Below are positions 1-8,871 of a stretch of DNA of 64,000 nt, in pieces (position 1 is the first letter of the stretch; each line of letters begins with the position of its first letter). The DNA is from an uncultured delta proteobacterium (GTDB lineage Bacteria > Desulfobacterota > Binatia > UBA9968). Where the stretch lies: positions 1 through 64,000 of the forward strand of contig CAVXEP010000002.1 of NCBI GenBank assembly GCA_963760795.1, given 5' to 3'. Under the pieces are notes generated by a model. That model saw nothing but the letters and a program-made list of their open reading frames with translations. It ran no database searches and was not told the DNA's origin. A program made the position numbers and the translations under genes.

Positions 1-581
1 GAGGTCGCCGTAGCCGAGCTTGCGGCCCGACGCCTGGTGCAGGACCTCGTGGTTGACCGCCTTGACCTCCTTGGGGTCGACGTCCCACTGGTTGGCCGCG
101 CGCGCTCCAGCATCTCGCGCAGCGCGGCGCCGATCACCCGCATCGACTGGATGTGGTGGCGCATGCTGCGCGAGCCGTCGGTGTCCTGGTTGCCGTACTT
201 GACCTCGTCGCCCGGCGCCTGGACGATCTTCACCCGCGCCCAGTCGGCCTCCATCTCGTCGGCGATCACCATCGGCAGGCTGGTGCGCGAGCCGGTACCC
301 ATCTCCGAGCGATGCGCGACGATGGTCACCGTGCCGTCCGGCGCGATCGAGACGAACACGTGCGGGTTGGTGACGACGCCGTTCGGCATGTCGAGCCCGC
401 CGTGCGGGTAGGTCTCGAACGCCTTGGCGGTGTTGAACGGCAGGATGGCCGCGGCGATCACCGCGCCGCCGCCCCACGCCGTGCCCTTGAGGAAGGAGCG
501 CCGGCTGACGTTCGCGAACACCACGCGCTCGCCGACTGCCCTGGCGGTCGGCGCGATCTGCTGGTTCAGATAGTGCAACAT
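1..581 (-). CDS. Xanthine dehydrogenase-family molybdopterin-binding subunit (IorB-like), 5' part, runs off the window
   Basis: Manual translation from ATG at 581: MLHYLNQQ...VSRRSFLKG (Tat-like motif)...VSIAPDGTVTIVAHRSEMGTG...ADEMEADW...YGNQDTDGSRS. Lies directly downstream of a 2Fe-2S subunit. May contain an indel near the window edge. Confidence 0.85.
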   Translation of the reverse strand, partial: MLHYLNQQIAPTARAVGERVVFANVSRRSFLKGTAWGGGAVIAAAILPFNTAKAFETYPHGGLDMPNGVVTNPHVFVSIAPDGTVTIVAHRSEMGTGSRTSLPMVIADEMEADWARVKIVQAPGDEVKYGNQDTDGSRSMRHHIQSMRVIGAALREMLERARPTSGTSTPRRSRRSTTRSCTRRRAASSATAT

Positions 582-585
582 GGCA

Positions 586-1038
586 TCACGCTCCCGTGGC
601 AGCCTGGCGGACCGCGGCGACGATCCGCTCGTAGCATCCGCACCGGCAGACGTTGCCGGCCATCGCCTCGTGGATCTCGGCGTCCGAGGGCGCCTTCTTC
701 TCGGCGAGCAGGCTCGCGGCCTGCATGATCTGGCCGGTCTGGCAGAAGCCGCACTGCGGCACGTTGATCTCGCGCCAGGCGACCTGGACGGGATGGTTGC
801 CGTCGGCGCTCAGGCCCTCGATCGTGGTGACCTCAGCACCTTCGGCATCGCCCACCGCGGTGACGCAGGCGCGCACCGCGGTGCCGTCGACGTGCACCGT
901 GCAGGCGCCGCACAGCGCCGCGCCGCAGCCGTACTTGGTGCCGGGCAGCCCGAGCTGGTCGCGGACGTACCAGAGCAGGGGCATGGTCGGGTCGCCGTCG
1001 AATTCCTGGTCGACCCCGTTGACCTTGAGCTTGATCAT
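586..1038 (-). CDS. (2Fe-2S)-binding small subunit of an isoquinoline 1-oxidoreductase/aldehyde oxidase-type enzyme (IorA-like)
   Basis: [17 protein letters not shown]...RAC and QCGFCQ...NVCRC cysteine motifs. Confidence 0.93.
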   Translation of the reverse strand: MIKLKVNGVDQEFDGDPTMPLLWYVRDQLGLPGTKYGCGAALCGACTVHVDGTAVRACVTAVGDAEGAEVTTIEGLSADGNHPVQVAWREINVPQCGFCQTGQIMQAASLLAEKKAPSDAEIHEAMAGNVCRCGCYERIVAAVRQAATGA

Positions 1039-1447
1039 GGTTGTCGATGTCCTCCCTGTGCACAGACCGGTTCACCCGTGCGCGCCGGGCGAGAGCGCGC
1101 ATCCTAGGCCCGAAGCCGGCCCGGCACTAGATGCAAAAATCTGCCCATCCGGCGAAAACCGGCGGCGCTCGCGGGAGCGCCAGTTTCCGTCGCGCCGCTG
1201 TCGAGCGGCACGAGGGCGGGCGCTCCGTCCCCGGTCGGGTTCGAGTGGCTCGGCGTCCCGCTCACGCGTCCGGGTCGCGCGCCGTCGGGTAGCCCGACGC
1301 CGGATCCGCGCCGTAGACGCGCGTGCTCACCCCCCCACGCTCGGCACCCCGCGTCGGAAAGCCCAGCCCGGCTTCCCGGTCACCTCTGAGGAACCGGTTC
1401 GGCCAATCGATGTTGTTCCCGGCAGAGATCGATCATGGAGACGCGAA

Positions 1448-1639
1448 ATGCCAGCCAAATCGAAGTCACAGCAAAAGGCGGCGGGCGCGGCGCTGGCCGC
1501 CAAGCGTGGCGATCAGAAGGTCAGCGACCTCAAGGGGCCGGCGAAGTCGATGCACGACTCGATGAGCGAGAAGAAGCTCGAGGACATGGCGTCGACCAAG
1601 CGCAAGGGCAAGCCGGAGCACGTCTCAAAGAACAAGTGA
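1448..1639 (+). CDS. DUF3008 family small basic protein
   Basis: MPAKSKSQQKAAGAALAAKRG...SMSEKKLEDMASTKRKGKPEH, with GGAG RBS upstream. This is the C-terminal part of the 653..1639 ORF call. Confidence 0.85.
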   Translation: MPAKSKSQQKAAGAALAAKRGDQKVSDLKGPAKSMHDSMSEKKLEDMASTKRKGKPEHVSKNK

Positions 1640-1683
1640 GCGCCGCGGGTGGTTGCGGCCGTCTCGCGTGCGGGTGCTGCGCC

Positions 1684-2025
1684 TCAGGTCGGGCTGTCGC
1701 CGGCGGGCCGGACCGTCGCGATGCGCAGGAACTGCTCCACCTCGTCGGGTCCGCTCGGCCGCGGGGCGCGGGTCTTGCGGCCGGGCGGCGCGACCCAGGT
1801 GTACCAGAAGGCGACCCATCCGAGCGCGGCGGAGATCGCGTCGCCGAGGTCCAAGAGCGCGTGCAGCAGCTCCATCGCCCGTCTTCCTGGCCCAGCGGCC
1901 GCTGAACGCGTGCCGGATTGCGCGTCCGCGGAGCCGATCGTGGCAAGCTGCGCGGCCGCAATGGCGCCTGCGGCTGAGGTACTGAGAAAGCCGCGCCGGG
2001 TAGGCGATGTCGATGTCGCGGACAT
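1684..2025 (-). CDS. Hypothetical or chimeric ORF: Tat-like leader joined to a short hydrophobic peptide
   Basis: PTRRGFLSTSAAGAIAAA leader with AAGGAG upstream; the remainder is not recognisable. Confidence 0.35.
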   Translation of the reverse strand: MSATSTSPTRRGFLSTSAAGAIAAAQLATIGSADAQSGTRSAAAGPGRRAMELLHALLDLGDAISAALGWVAFWYTWVAPPGRKTRAPRPSGPDEVEQFLRIATVRPAGDSPT

Positions 2026-2167
2026 GGTGCTTCTCCTTGGCCCTTGCTCGCTTCTTCCGCATCAGAGGATGCTCGGCGCAGCGCCGTGAACCAATCATAT
2101 GGCGGCGACCAAGAGCTTGCTGATTTTCATCGACAGATCCCCGAAAGCGACGACGGCAGGAAACACC

Positions 2168-2597
2168 CTATGGACGAACCTCCTTGCCCGGCGAGGTGAA
2201 CGTCACTGTTTGCGCGGTAAGGACGTTGCCTTCAGGCGTCCACCGCCTCGATCAGCACCTTGTGCTCGCCGCGCGGCATGCCCACGAGGATGATGGTGTT
2301 GCTGTTGACCGTAATCCGCCCACTGCCAGGGCAGGTCGTCGACGGTGATGTGCAGATGGCCGACCCGCGGAGACACGTTGCGTGCGGCCGCCCCGCCGAC
2401 TGGCAGGATGCGCAAGTTCTCCACGCGGTACGGGATGAACACGAGGTTCTGGGCCAACGGCCGGGAAGCGGCGGCTCCACGATCAGTCTGGGCGCTGGCT
2501 CGTTGTCGATGGGGACGACCGTGCTCTGGGCGAAAGCGCCGATGGCGAGCACGGTGCCTGCCGCGATTGTGGCAAGCGTGTTGATGAGCAGGTTCAT
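2168..2597 (-). CDS. DUF6130-like exported protein, split by indels
   Basis: Frames join to MNLLINTLATIAAG...EPAPRLIVEPPLPG/PLAQNLVFIPYRVENLRILPV...GHLHITVDDLPWQWAD.../NTIILVGMPRGEHKVLIEAVDA/EGNVLTAQTVTFTSPGKEVRP. Confidence 0.7.
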
Positions 2598-2656
2598 TGC
2601 ATTTCTCCTTGGATATTCGCCGCGGGGGTATCGTTAGGCGGCGGATGACGCGCACG

Positions 2657-3889
2657 TCAGGCGCGCCATCCACCGTACGACCTTGGAACTATCGCAGCGA
2701 CTTGAACGCTGCGCGCATCTCGTCGCACGAAGAGCTCCGGCTGCTCCCAGGCCGCAAAGTGCGTGCCCTTGGGGAAGCTGTTGTAGTGGATGAGCTTGGG
2801 ATACGCCTTCTCAGCCCAACTCTTCGGCGCCTGGTAGATCTCTTCGGCGAAAGCGCTCACGGCGACCGGGATCTTGATGCCCCTCACATCGAAGAAGCCG
2901 CCGGGCGGAAGATTATGCCGGGTGTCCCAGTAGAGGCGTGCTGAGGAGATCGCGGTGTTCGTCAGCCAGTAGAGCGTGACGTTGTCGAGGACGTCGTCCC
3001 GCGTCAGCCCTTCCGGCTTGCCGTCGAAAGCGCGCGCGATCATCCGGTAGCTGCGAATGTCATGGTCGATCATCCACGCCGCAAGGCCAACCGGAGAATC
3101 GACGATTCCGTACAACGTCTGCGGGCGGTTGTTCATCTCGAGGGCGTAGCCCAACCCGTTCTTGTAGAAGTCGTCGAGTTGATCCCACGCGTGTTTTTCA
3201 TCAGGCGAGAGGCCGGCCGGCGGCGGGCCGCCAACCGCGAGTGCCTTCGACACATCGGGGGGAACGGTGGCGGCCATGTTGGTGTGAATGCCGAGCAATC
3301 CCGGCGGCTGTTGCAGGGCCATCACCTCGGAAACGGCGTTGCCCCAGTCGCCACCCTGCGCCACGTACTTTGTGTAGCCGAGGCGTTGCATCAGCGTCGC
3401 CCACGCCTTGGCGATGCTGACCGGGTTCCACCCGGGCGCCGTCGGCTTGCCGGAGAAGCCGTAGCCCGGCAGCGACGGAATCACGAGGTGGAAGGCATCC
3501 GCTGCACTCCCGCCATGGGCCGTGGGATTTGTCAGCGGCTCGATGATCTTGAGCTGCTCGATGATGGAGCCGGGCCATCCATGCGTGACGATCATCGGCA
3601 ACGCATTCTCGTGCTTGGAGCGCACGTGGATGAAGTGAATGTCGAGCCCATCAATGTTGGTGATGAAGTTGGGCAGGGCGTTGAGCCGCGCTTCCACCTT
3701 GCGCCAGTCGTGCTCTGTCGCCCAATAGCGCGCCAGCTTCTGAATGGTGTCGAGCTGCACGCCTTGCGAGTCGTCCGTCACCTGTTCCCGCTCAGGCCAC
3801 TTCGTGGCGTTGATGCGCCGGCGCAGGTCGGCGAGCTCCGCTTCCGGAGCATGGAAAGAGAAGGGACGGATTTCGTCCTTGGTAGCCAT
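2657..3889 (-). CDS. Epoxide hydrolase (EHN domain plus alpha/beta hydrolase)
   Basis: IRPF...LADLRRRI N-terminus, HGWP oxyanion motif, AQGGDWG nucleophile, GTHFAAWEQP. C-terminus probably frameshifted. Confidence 0.93.
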   Translation of the reverse strand: MATKDEIRPFSFHAPEAELADLRRRINATKWPEREQVTDDSQGVQLDTIQKLARYWATEHDWRKVEARLNALPNFITNIDGLDIHFIHVRSKHENALPMIVTHGWPGSIIEQLKIIEPLTNPTAHGGSAADAFHLVIPSLPGYGFSGKPTAPGWNPVSIAKAWATLMQRLGYTKYVAQGGDWGNAVSEVMALQQPPGLLGIHTNMAATVPPDVSKALAVGGPPPAGLSPDEKHAWDQLDDFYKNGLGYALEMNNRPQTLYGIVDSPVGLAAWMIDHDIRSYRMIARAFDGKPEGLTRDDVLDNVTLYWLTNTAISSARLYWDTRHNLPPGGFFDVRGIKIPVAVSAFAEEIYQAPKSWAEKAYPKLIHYNSFPKGTHFAAWEQPELFVRRDARSVQVAAIVPRSYGGWRA

Positions 3890-4119
3890 CTGGGAATCTC
3901 CTTGCTTCGATGGTTGGCCAAGTGTGTCGCTCGCCGCGGCCAGAAGCGCGAAGAAGGGGGACAGCAGCGGTCACGGCCGCGGCGCCGATAAGGGCGGCGG
4001 CGACGCCGGTCGATCTTTTCCGGGGTGGTGTTCATCGTGAGTTTCCTCGGTTCGATGCCACGTGGTCGATAGGCATCCACGGCGCGTAGGAAGGCCGACG
4101 CATTAGTGTGGCGGCCTCT

Positions 4120-4376
4120 TTACGTTTCGCGTGCTGCCTGTGGCGTGTTCCGGAAGCTGATGGCCATCCGGTTGTAGGCATTCATCAGGCTGATCGCGAT
4201 CGTGAGATCGACCAGTTCCTTTTCCTTGAAGACGGCGCGCGCGGCCTGGAACGCCTCATCTGGCACGCCGGTCTCCGACACCCGGGTCACGAGTTTTCGG
4301 CCCAGGCAAGCGCGGCACGCTCACGCTCGCTGAAGAGATGGCCACCTTCCGCCCAGGCTTGCACCAGTGCGAGCTC
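4120..4376 (-). pseudogene. 3' fragment of a carboxymuconolactone decarboxylase/AhpD-family gene, cut at the junction
   Basis: Manual translation: LALVQAWAEGGHLFSERERAALAWAE..VTRVSETGVPDEAFQAARAVFKEKELVDLTIAISLMNAYNRMAISFR. The 5' half is missing. Confidence 0.75.
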
Positions 4377-5421
4377 CCGCCGAGCCGTTCCAATTGGACA
4401 TTACCGTTACTGGAGACCTGGCGTCCATAAATGAGACCTTCAAGACTCCTAAGAAGCTGTCGCGCAACACGCGCTTTCCAAACCCTTTTGCGCGGCAAAT
4501 GGAATTCTTTTCGACCAACGAATTCATAGGAACTATTAGCAAGAGTTGCGGAATCAATATAACGAGGAATTTCGCGTTTATTTCGAGAGCAGAGGTATAG
4601 GCGCTCATCAAGATCAAGGTGGTCGCGAATATAGTACTCGGCAAATTCCTTAATAACGGTAACACTCCTCGCAAGCCGTAGACGTTCCGACGATTTATCA
4701 ACGTCTAAGTTCTTTTTCCCTGGACTTCGGCGGATATGGGCGATCGCATGACGACAATCGTCAGAAAGGTACTTTCCTAGCGTCCGGTTGGCTAAGGGCA
4801 GCTTGCTCATCGTTTCCGGATCAAGTGCCAGCTGAGACCTTTGCTTCCGGTATGTCCGGTCCACGAACCCAATCGGATCTGTACCATCCACCTCAATAAC
4901 CTGCCAGAAAAAAAGAAAAGACAAGTAGTCATTGTTTGATGCGTGGGCTTCACGAAAAAGCGCAAGAGCTAACCGCTGGGTCTCATTCTTTATAGGGGGA
5001 ATTGTTACAAGGTCGTAGCCTCCTGCAATGCCTTCAAATGCGATCTTATGAAATGTAAAAACAACGGGCCTACAAGTTTTCAAAGAAGCAATCCGAAACC
5101 CTGTCCCGCCCGAGTTCCAAAGAGCTACCTTTGCATGATTTTCCCACGCGAGGGCGCTAGAAATTCTGCGGCAACAGAAAATGCATGATCTTGAGCACGC
5201 TCGTCGTTCATAGGAGTGATAGTTAAAAGCTGGTCGGCCCATTTTCGCGGGTTGTTCTGCACCAGTTTGAACTGGATTCCACCGTATTCGAAGCAACAGT
5301 AGTTTCGTACTAACCGGCGTGTATTATCGAAGGCGATGTGCATTAAGTAGTTAAGCGTTGGTGCGACATTTTGAGCTGAGATTATTGACGTCGGTGTTTC
5401 ACGGTATCTGTTCTGAACCAT
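4376..5421 (-). CDS. MauJ-like/ApeA-like HEPN-domain protein, frameshifted near 5160; 3' end runs into the junction
   Basis: ORFs 5125..5421 and 4256..5296 join at ..SVAAEFL/SALAWE. Motifs LALALFREA..SNN.YLSFLFFWQVIEV and Rx4H (CRHAIAH). The DNA is AT-richer than its flanks. Confidence 0.65.
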
Positions 5422-5472
5422 AAAAATTTCTCCAATAGAACTATCTCCACTCGATTCAGGCCTGAGTATTGA

Positions 5473-5700
5473 CTATTTAGCCAGTTCTCGGGCCAGCCTC
5501 TCTTCCGTTTGTTTATTCCGATGTCCCTGGTACCAACCGTACAACCGGCTAATCATCGACGCGTCCCGATGCAGCCGCCGCCCCAACTCCTTGGTCGTTA
5601 TCCCGCTCCACTCCCGCGCCAGATAAACCAGCTGCGCTCTGGCCGCCACCCACTGCCGCTGCCGTCCCGCCTGCAGCAACGCTGGCTCGTCAACTATTCT
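5473..5700 (-). pseudogene. C-terminal DnaA_C-like HTH remnant, probably from an IS200/IS605- or RAYT-type transposase
   Basis: GRQRQWVAARAQLVYLAREWSGITTKELGRRLHRDASMISR; no HUH catalytic domain upstream. Confidence 0.55.
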
Positions 5701-6098
5701 TAACTGGTAATGCGCTTCTTCACGCGGCTGTACAAGATTTCAACACACTGCGCAGGTGTCTCCTCTTTAGCAGATTCAATAGCGTTGCGAGCGATACTCT
5801 CAGGGGTGAAATCGGGATCGAGATATTTATCAACCACTTGCCGCGGTGCAGTTTTTAGGTCGATTTCTAGTTTGTTTTTATGCGACTGGTCCAAGTCCGA
5901 ACTGCGAATATTGAGAAGTGCCAAGCTCCGCGCAAATTCCAGTCGCGATTCTTCTGACCATGCAGCGCTTTCCCATTCCAACGTTCGGGTAGCTATGGCA
6001 CAGGGATGGGGAGAGCCAAAATAGAACCAAGTGAAACCGAAATACACCGTTGCAATGGATACAATCGCCAGAGCGGTAAATTTTGAAAATCTGTTCAT
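5700..6098 (-). CDS. Hypothetical protein with an N-terminal membrane anchor or signal
   Basis: 132-aa ORF, hydrophobic N-terminus, two Cys, AT-richer codons. Confidence 0.55.
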   Translation of the reverse strand: MNRFSKFTALAIVSIATVYFGFTWFYFGSPHPCAIATRTLEWESAAWSEESRLEFARSLALLNIRSSDLDQSHKNKLEIDLKTAPRQVVDKYLDPDFTPESIARNAIESAKEETPAQCVEILYSRVKKRITS

Positions 6099-6177
6099 AG
6101 CTCTCGCGACTTTTCCGCGGCTTTACATTCGCAAATTCGAGATTCGGGCTAGGTCTTAGGCAAGTCTGACAAGGCCG

Positions 6178-6606
6178 CGGTTCCGGTCATCTGTCTCCTG
6201 CCTCCTCAGCCGATGGAGCGGCGGCCGATGGCCCTTCACGCACGGCGTAGGTTACCACGGGCTCGGCGATCCCTTTTACGAATTCGGCGGGCATGGGCAT
6301 GAGCACGAAGCGCGCGTCGAGCTCGGCGCTTAGCGCCTCGGTCACGAGGATGTCCGCCTGATGGATGCGCGTGAGCGTCTGCACGCGCGCGGCCACGTTC
6401 ACGGTGCGTCCGACAAAGTCATACTCCATCCGCTCGCGCGAGCCCACCAGGCCGACAAGCCCCAAACCGCGGTCGATGCCGATTCCCAGAGCAAGCAACG
6501 GCAACCCCTCCCGCCCGAGCTCGACATTGTATTCGCGGATGGCCGCGCGCATCGCGAGGGCCGCGCGCACGGCATCGTTGCACTGCCACGGATTGGGTTG
6601 CAGCGC
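6178..6606 (-). repeat. 5'-truncated copy 1 of the cyclase 3' end
   Basis: Aligns by eye to 8872-9291 with 5 substitutions; shares the post-stop flank GCGGTTCCGG (+ strand) with copy 2. Confidence 0.95.
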
Positions 6607-6729
6607 CCGAGCTCCGGCTACCTGCGCTTCGGCTCCGCTATCGAAGGGTTCAAGTCATTAAAACACCGAGCGATTGAAACGACTAGAACCGTTTCGTTGA
6701 TTGTTCGTTTGTGCAAATCCAAGGTATCG

Positions 6730-7059
6730 CTATGCGGCCCGCGGCGTCGTGATGATCTGTGATAGCTCGCGCTCCGTTGCTCCCAGAGAGATAAGCGAGC
6801 GAATCAGCAAATCTAAAGAAACCGATGGATCCCCGGCCTCCATTTTGGCGACGCGCGACTGGCTAGACTGAAGTTTCGCGGCGAGATCCACTTGTGACAA
6901 GCCTCTTTGCTGTCGTCGTTGCCTCAAACCTGCGGCAAATTTTATCTTCAGTTCGATATACGCAGACTCCTCGCTAGAAAGACCCAGGAAATCCTTGACG
7001 GTCCCCACCTTCCAACCCCTCGCGCGCAGCCGTTCTTGTCTTTGTTTACGCATCTTCAT
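6730..7059 (-). CDS. XRE/HTH antitoxin (HigA-like)
   Basis: GWKVGTVKDFLGLS...RQQRGLSQVDLAAKLQSSQSRVAKMEAG..SVSLDLL; overlaps the end of the toxin gene. Confidence 0.88.
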   Translation of the reverse strand: MKMRKQRQERLRARGWKVGTVKDFLGLSSEESAYIELKIKFAAGLRQRRQQRGLSQVDLAAKLQSSQSRVAKMEAGDPSVSLDLLIRSLISLGATERELSQIITTPRAA

Positions 7060-7378
7060 AATCCTTTAAGCGTCTTTTACATGCGTTAATAACCGCTTTG
7101 GGCGTCGCTCGGCTCTTCTTGCTGAAGACTTCCAGAATGACGATCGCATCCGCATCGAGCCGATAGATGATTCGCCAAGTGGCGCTCTCATCGTTGATCC
7201 TCAATTCGTGGCAGCGGGTCCCAATCGCGGGCATCGGTCGGGAATGAGGCATTCCCAGCGTTTCGCCCTGTTGCAGCTTCCGAAGCAAATAGCCCGCTTC
7301 CAATCTGGCCGGCTGGGAAAATGGCGGAGTCTTAACCTCTCCTTCCAGCCAGACCAGCGGTTTATCGGCCGATGCCAT
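7046..7378 (-). CDS. RelE/ParE-superfamily toxin (HigB/Gp49-like)
   Basis: KPLVWL.GEVKTPPFS..ARLEAGYLLRKLQQG...PHSRPMPAIG.RCHELRI...WRIIYR...IVILEVFSKK; toxin-before-antitoxin order. Confidence 0.9.
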   Translation of the reverse strand: MASADKPLVWLEGEVKTPPFSQPARLEAGYLLRKLQQGETLGMPHSRPMPAIGTRCHELRINDESATWRIIYRLDADAIVILEVFSKKSRATPKAVINACKRRLKDYEDA

Positions 7379-7385
7379 CAAACAC

Positions 7386-7414
7386 ACTGTATGTCAGATA
7401 TGACATTTCGTCAA
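7386..7414 (-). promoter_or_regulatory. Sigma70-like promoter with an overlapping palindromic operator for the TA operon
   Basis: Minus strand TTGACG-17 bp-TACAGT, 7 nt before the ATG; palindrome ATGTCA-N4-TGACAT at 7391-7406. Confidence 0.7.
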
Positions 7415-7417
7415 TCG

Positions 7418-7741
7418 GCGGTTCCGGTCATCTGTCTCCTGCCTCCTCAGCCGACGGAGCGGCGGCCGATGGCCCTTCACGCACGGCGTAGGTTACCACG
7501 GGCTCGGCGATCCCTTTTACGAATTCGGCGGGCATGGGCATGAGCACGAAGCGCGCGTCGAGCTCGGCGCTTAGCGCCTCGGTCACGAGGATGTCCGCCT
7601 GATGGATGCGCGTGAGCGTCTGCACGCGCGCGGCCAGGTTCACGGTGCGTCCGACGAAGTCATACTCCATCCGCTCGCGCGAGCCCACCAGGCCGACAAG
7701 CCCCAAACCGCGGTCAATGCCGATCCCCAAGCAAGCAACGG
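7418..7741 (-). repeat. 5'-truncated copy 2 of the cyclase 3' end
   Basis: Aligns by eye to 8872-9186 with about 6 substitutions and a 1-nt deletion. Confidence 0.95.
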
Positions 7742-7854
7742 ATCTAAAAGATCATCTTTTTTTCCGGTATGAAAGGTGAAATAAGCTAAATCAAATAGAG
7801 AAAAGCTGCTTCTAACTGGTCCGTATCGACACGACCAGGGAAAGGACGAGAAAC

Positions 7855-8649
7855 ATGCTGGAGCTTTATCACAATGATATGTCGACATGTGCCCAAAAAG
7901 TCCGCCTTACGCTCGCGGAAAAAGGGCTTGCGTGGGAGGGTCGCCACCTTGATCTCAGGGCAGGCGATCAGCAGAAACCCGAGTACTTAAAGCTCAATCC
8001 CAGGGGTGTCGTGCCCACCATCGTCGACAACGGGAAAGTCGTGCGGGAATCCACGGTGATTATGGAATACCTCGACGATGAGTACCCGAAGCCGTCTCTC
8101 CGTCCATCGAATTCCCATGCACGAGCGCAGATGCGTTTATGGACCAAACGGCTCGACGAGGGCCATCATGATATCGCAACTGCCACGCTCAGCATGGGGA
8201 TCGCCTTTCGTTTCCAATATCTCGAGAAGGGGCAGGAGGCGTACGACGCGCTGATAAACAGAATACCGGATCCTCTCAGACGCGAGCGGCGACGCGACGT
8301 GATTTATAACGGCGTAGAAGCCCGAGAATTCACAACCGCCGTGCGCATGTGGGAAGCGCTGCTTACGGACATGGAAAAATCACTCGACGGCACTCGGTGG
8401 CTGGCGGATGACACTTATTCGCTCGCGGACACGGCTTATACACCCTACCTCACTCGACTCGATCATCTGAACCTCCTCGACTGGATGGCAAAACGCCCGC
8501 GACTCGCGAACTGGTACGAACGAATACGCGCTCGGCCGAGTTATGAGAGCGCAATCAAACAATGGGAAAACCGCGCCTATATCGATCTTATGCGCACAAA
8601 GGGCGGCGAAGTCTGGCACAGAATCAAACGAATGATCGACGAGCTATAA
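7855..8649 (+). CDS. Glutathione S-transferase family protein
   Basis: MLELYHNDMSTCAQKVR..LAEK, YLKLNPRGVVPT, ESTVIMEYLD, YSLAD. Confidence 0.92.
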   Translation: MLELYHNDMSTCAQKVRLTLAEKGLAWEGRHLDLRAGDQQKPEYLKLNPRGVVPTIVDNGKVVRESTVIMEYLDDEYPKPSLRPSNSHARAQMRLWTKRLDEGHHDIATATLSMGIAFRFQYLEKGQEAYDALINRIPDPLRRERRRDVIYNGVEAREFTTAVRMWEALLTDMEKSLDGTRWLADDTYSLADTAYTPYLTRLDHLNLLDWMAKRPRLANWYERIRARPSYESAIKQWENRAYIDLMRTKGGEVWHRIKRMIDEL

Positions 8650-8871
8650 AAATCCAGCGCACGGGGACCGGTAAAACATCTCTTCCAAATCTTTCAAAGG
8701 TTCAAATAGGGGAACACGTTCCAGAAGTTCGAATCGTTAATTGACCCGGTCGGTTCCAGACGTTTCAATGCTACGGTGTCAGGCTTCATACGCGTTATTG
8801 TTATTGTAGTTGTCTATTTTCTCTTTTCCGGTCGCGATCTGCAGTGTCCCGGCGGCGCTTCCCGTCGGCCG

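Noticed and set aside
5700-8870. Integron cassette array
   Set aside because: No intI and no attC-like RYYYAAC...GTTRRRY hairpins were recognised. The separators are coding-sequence duplicates.
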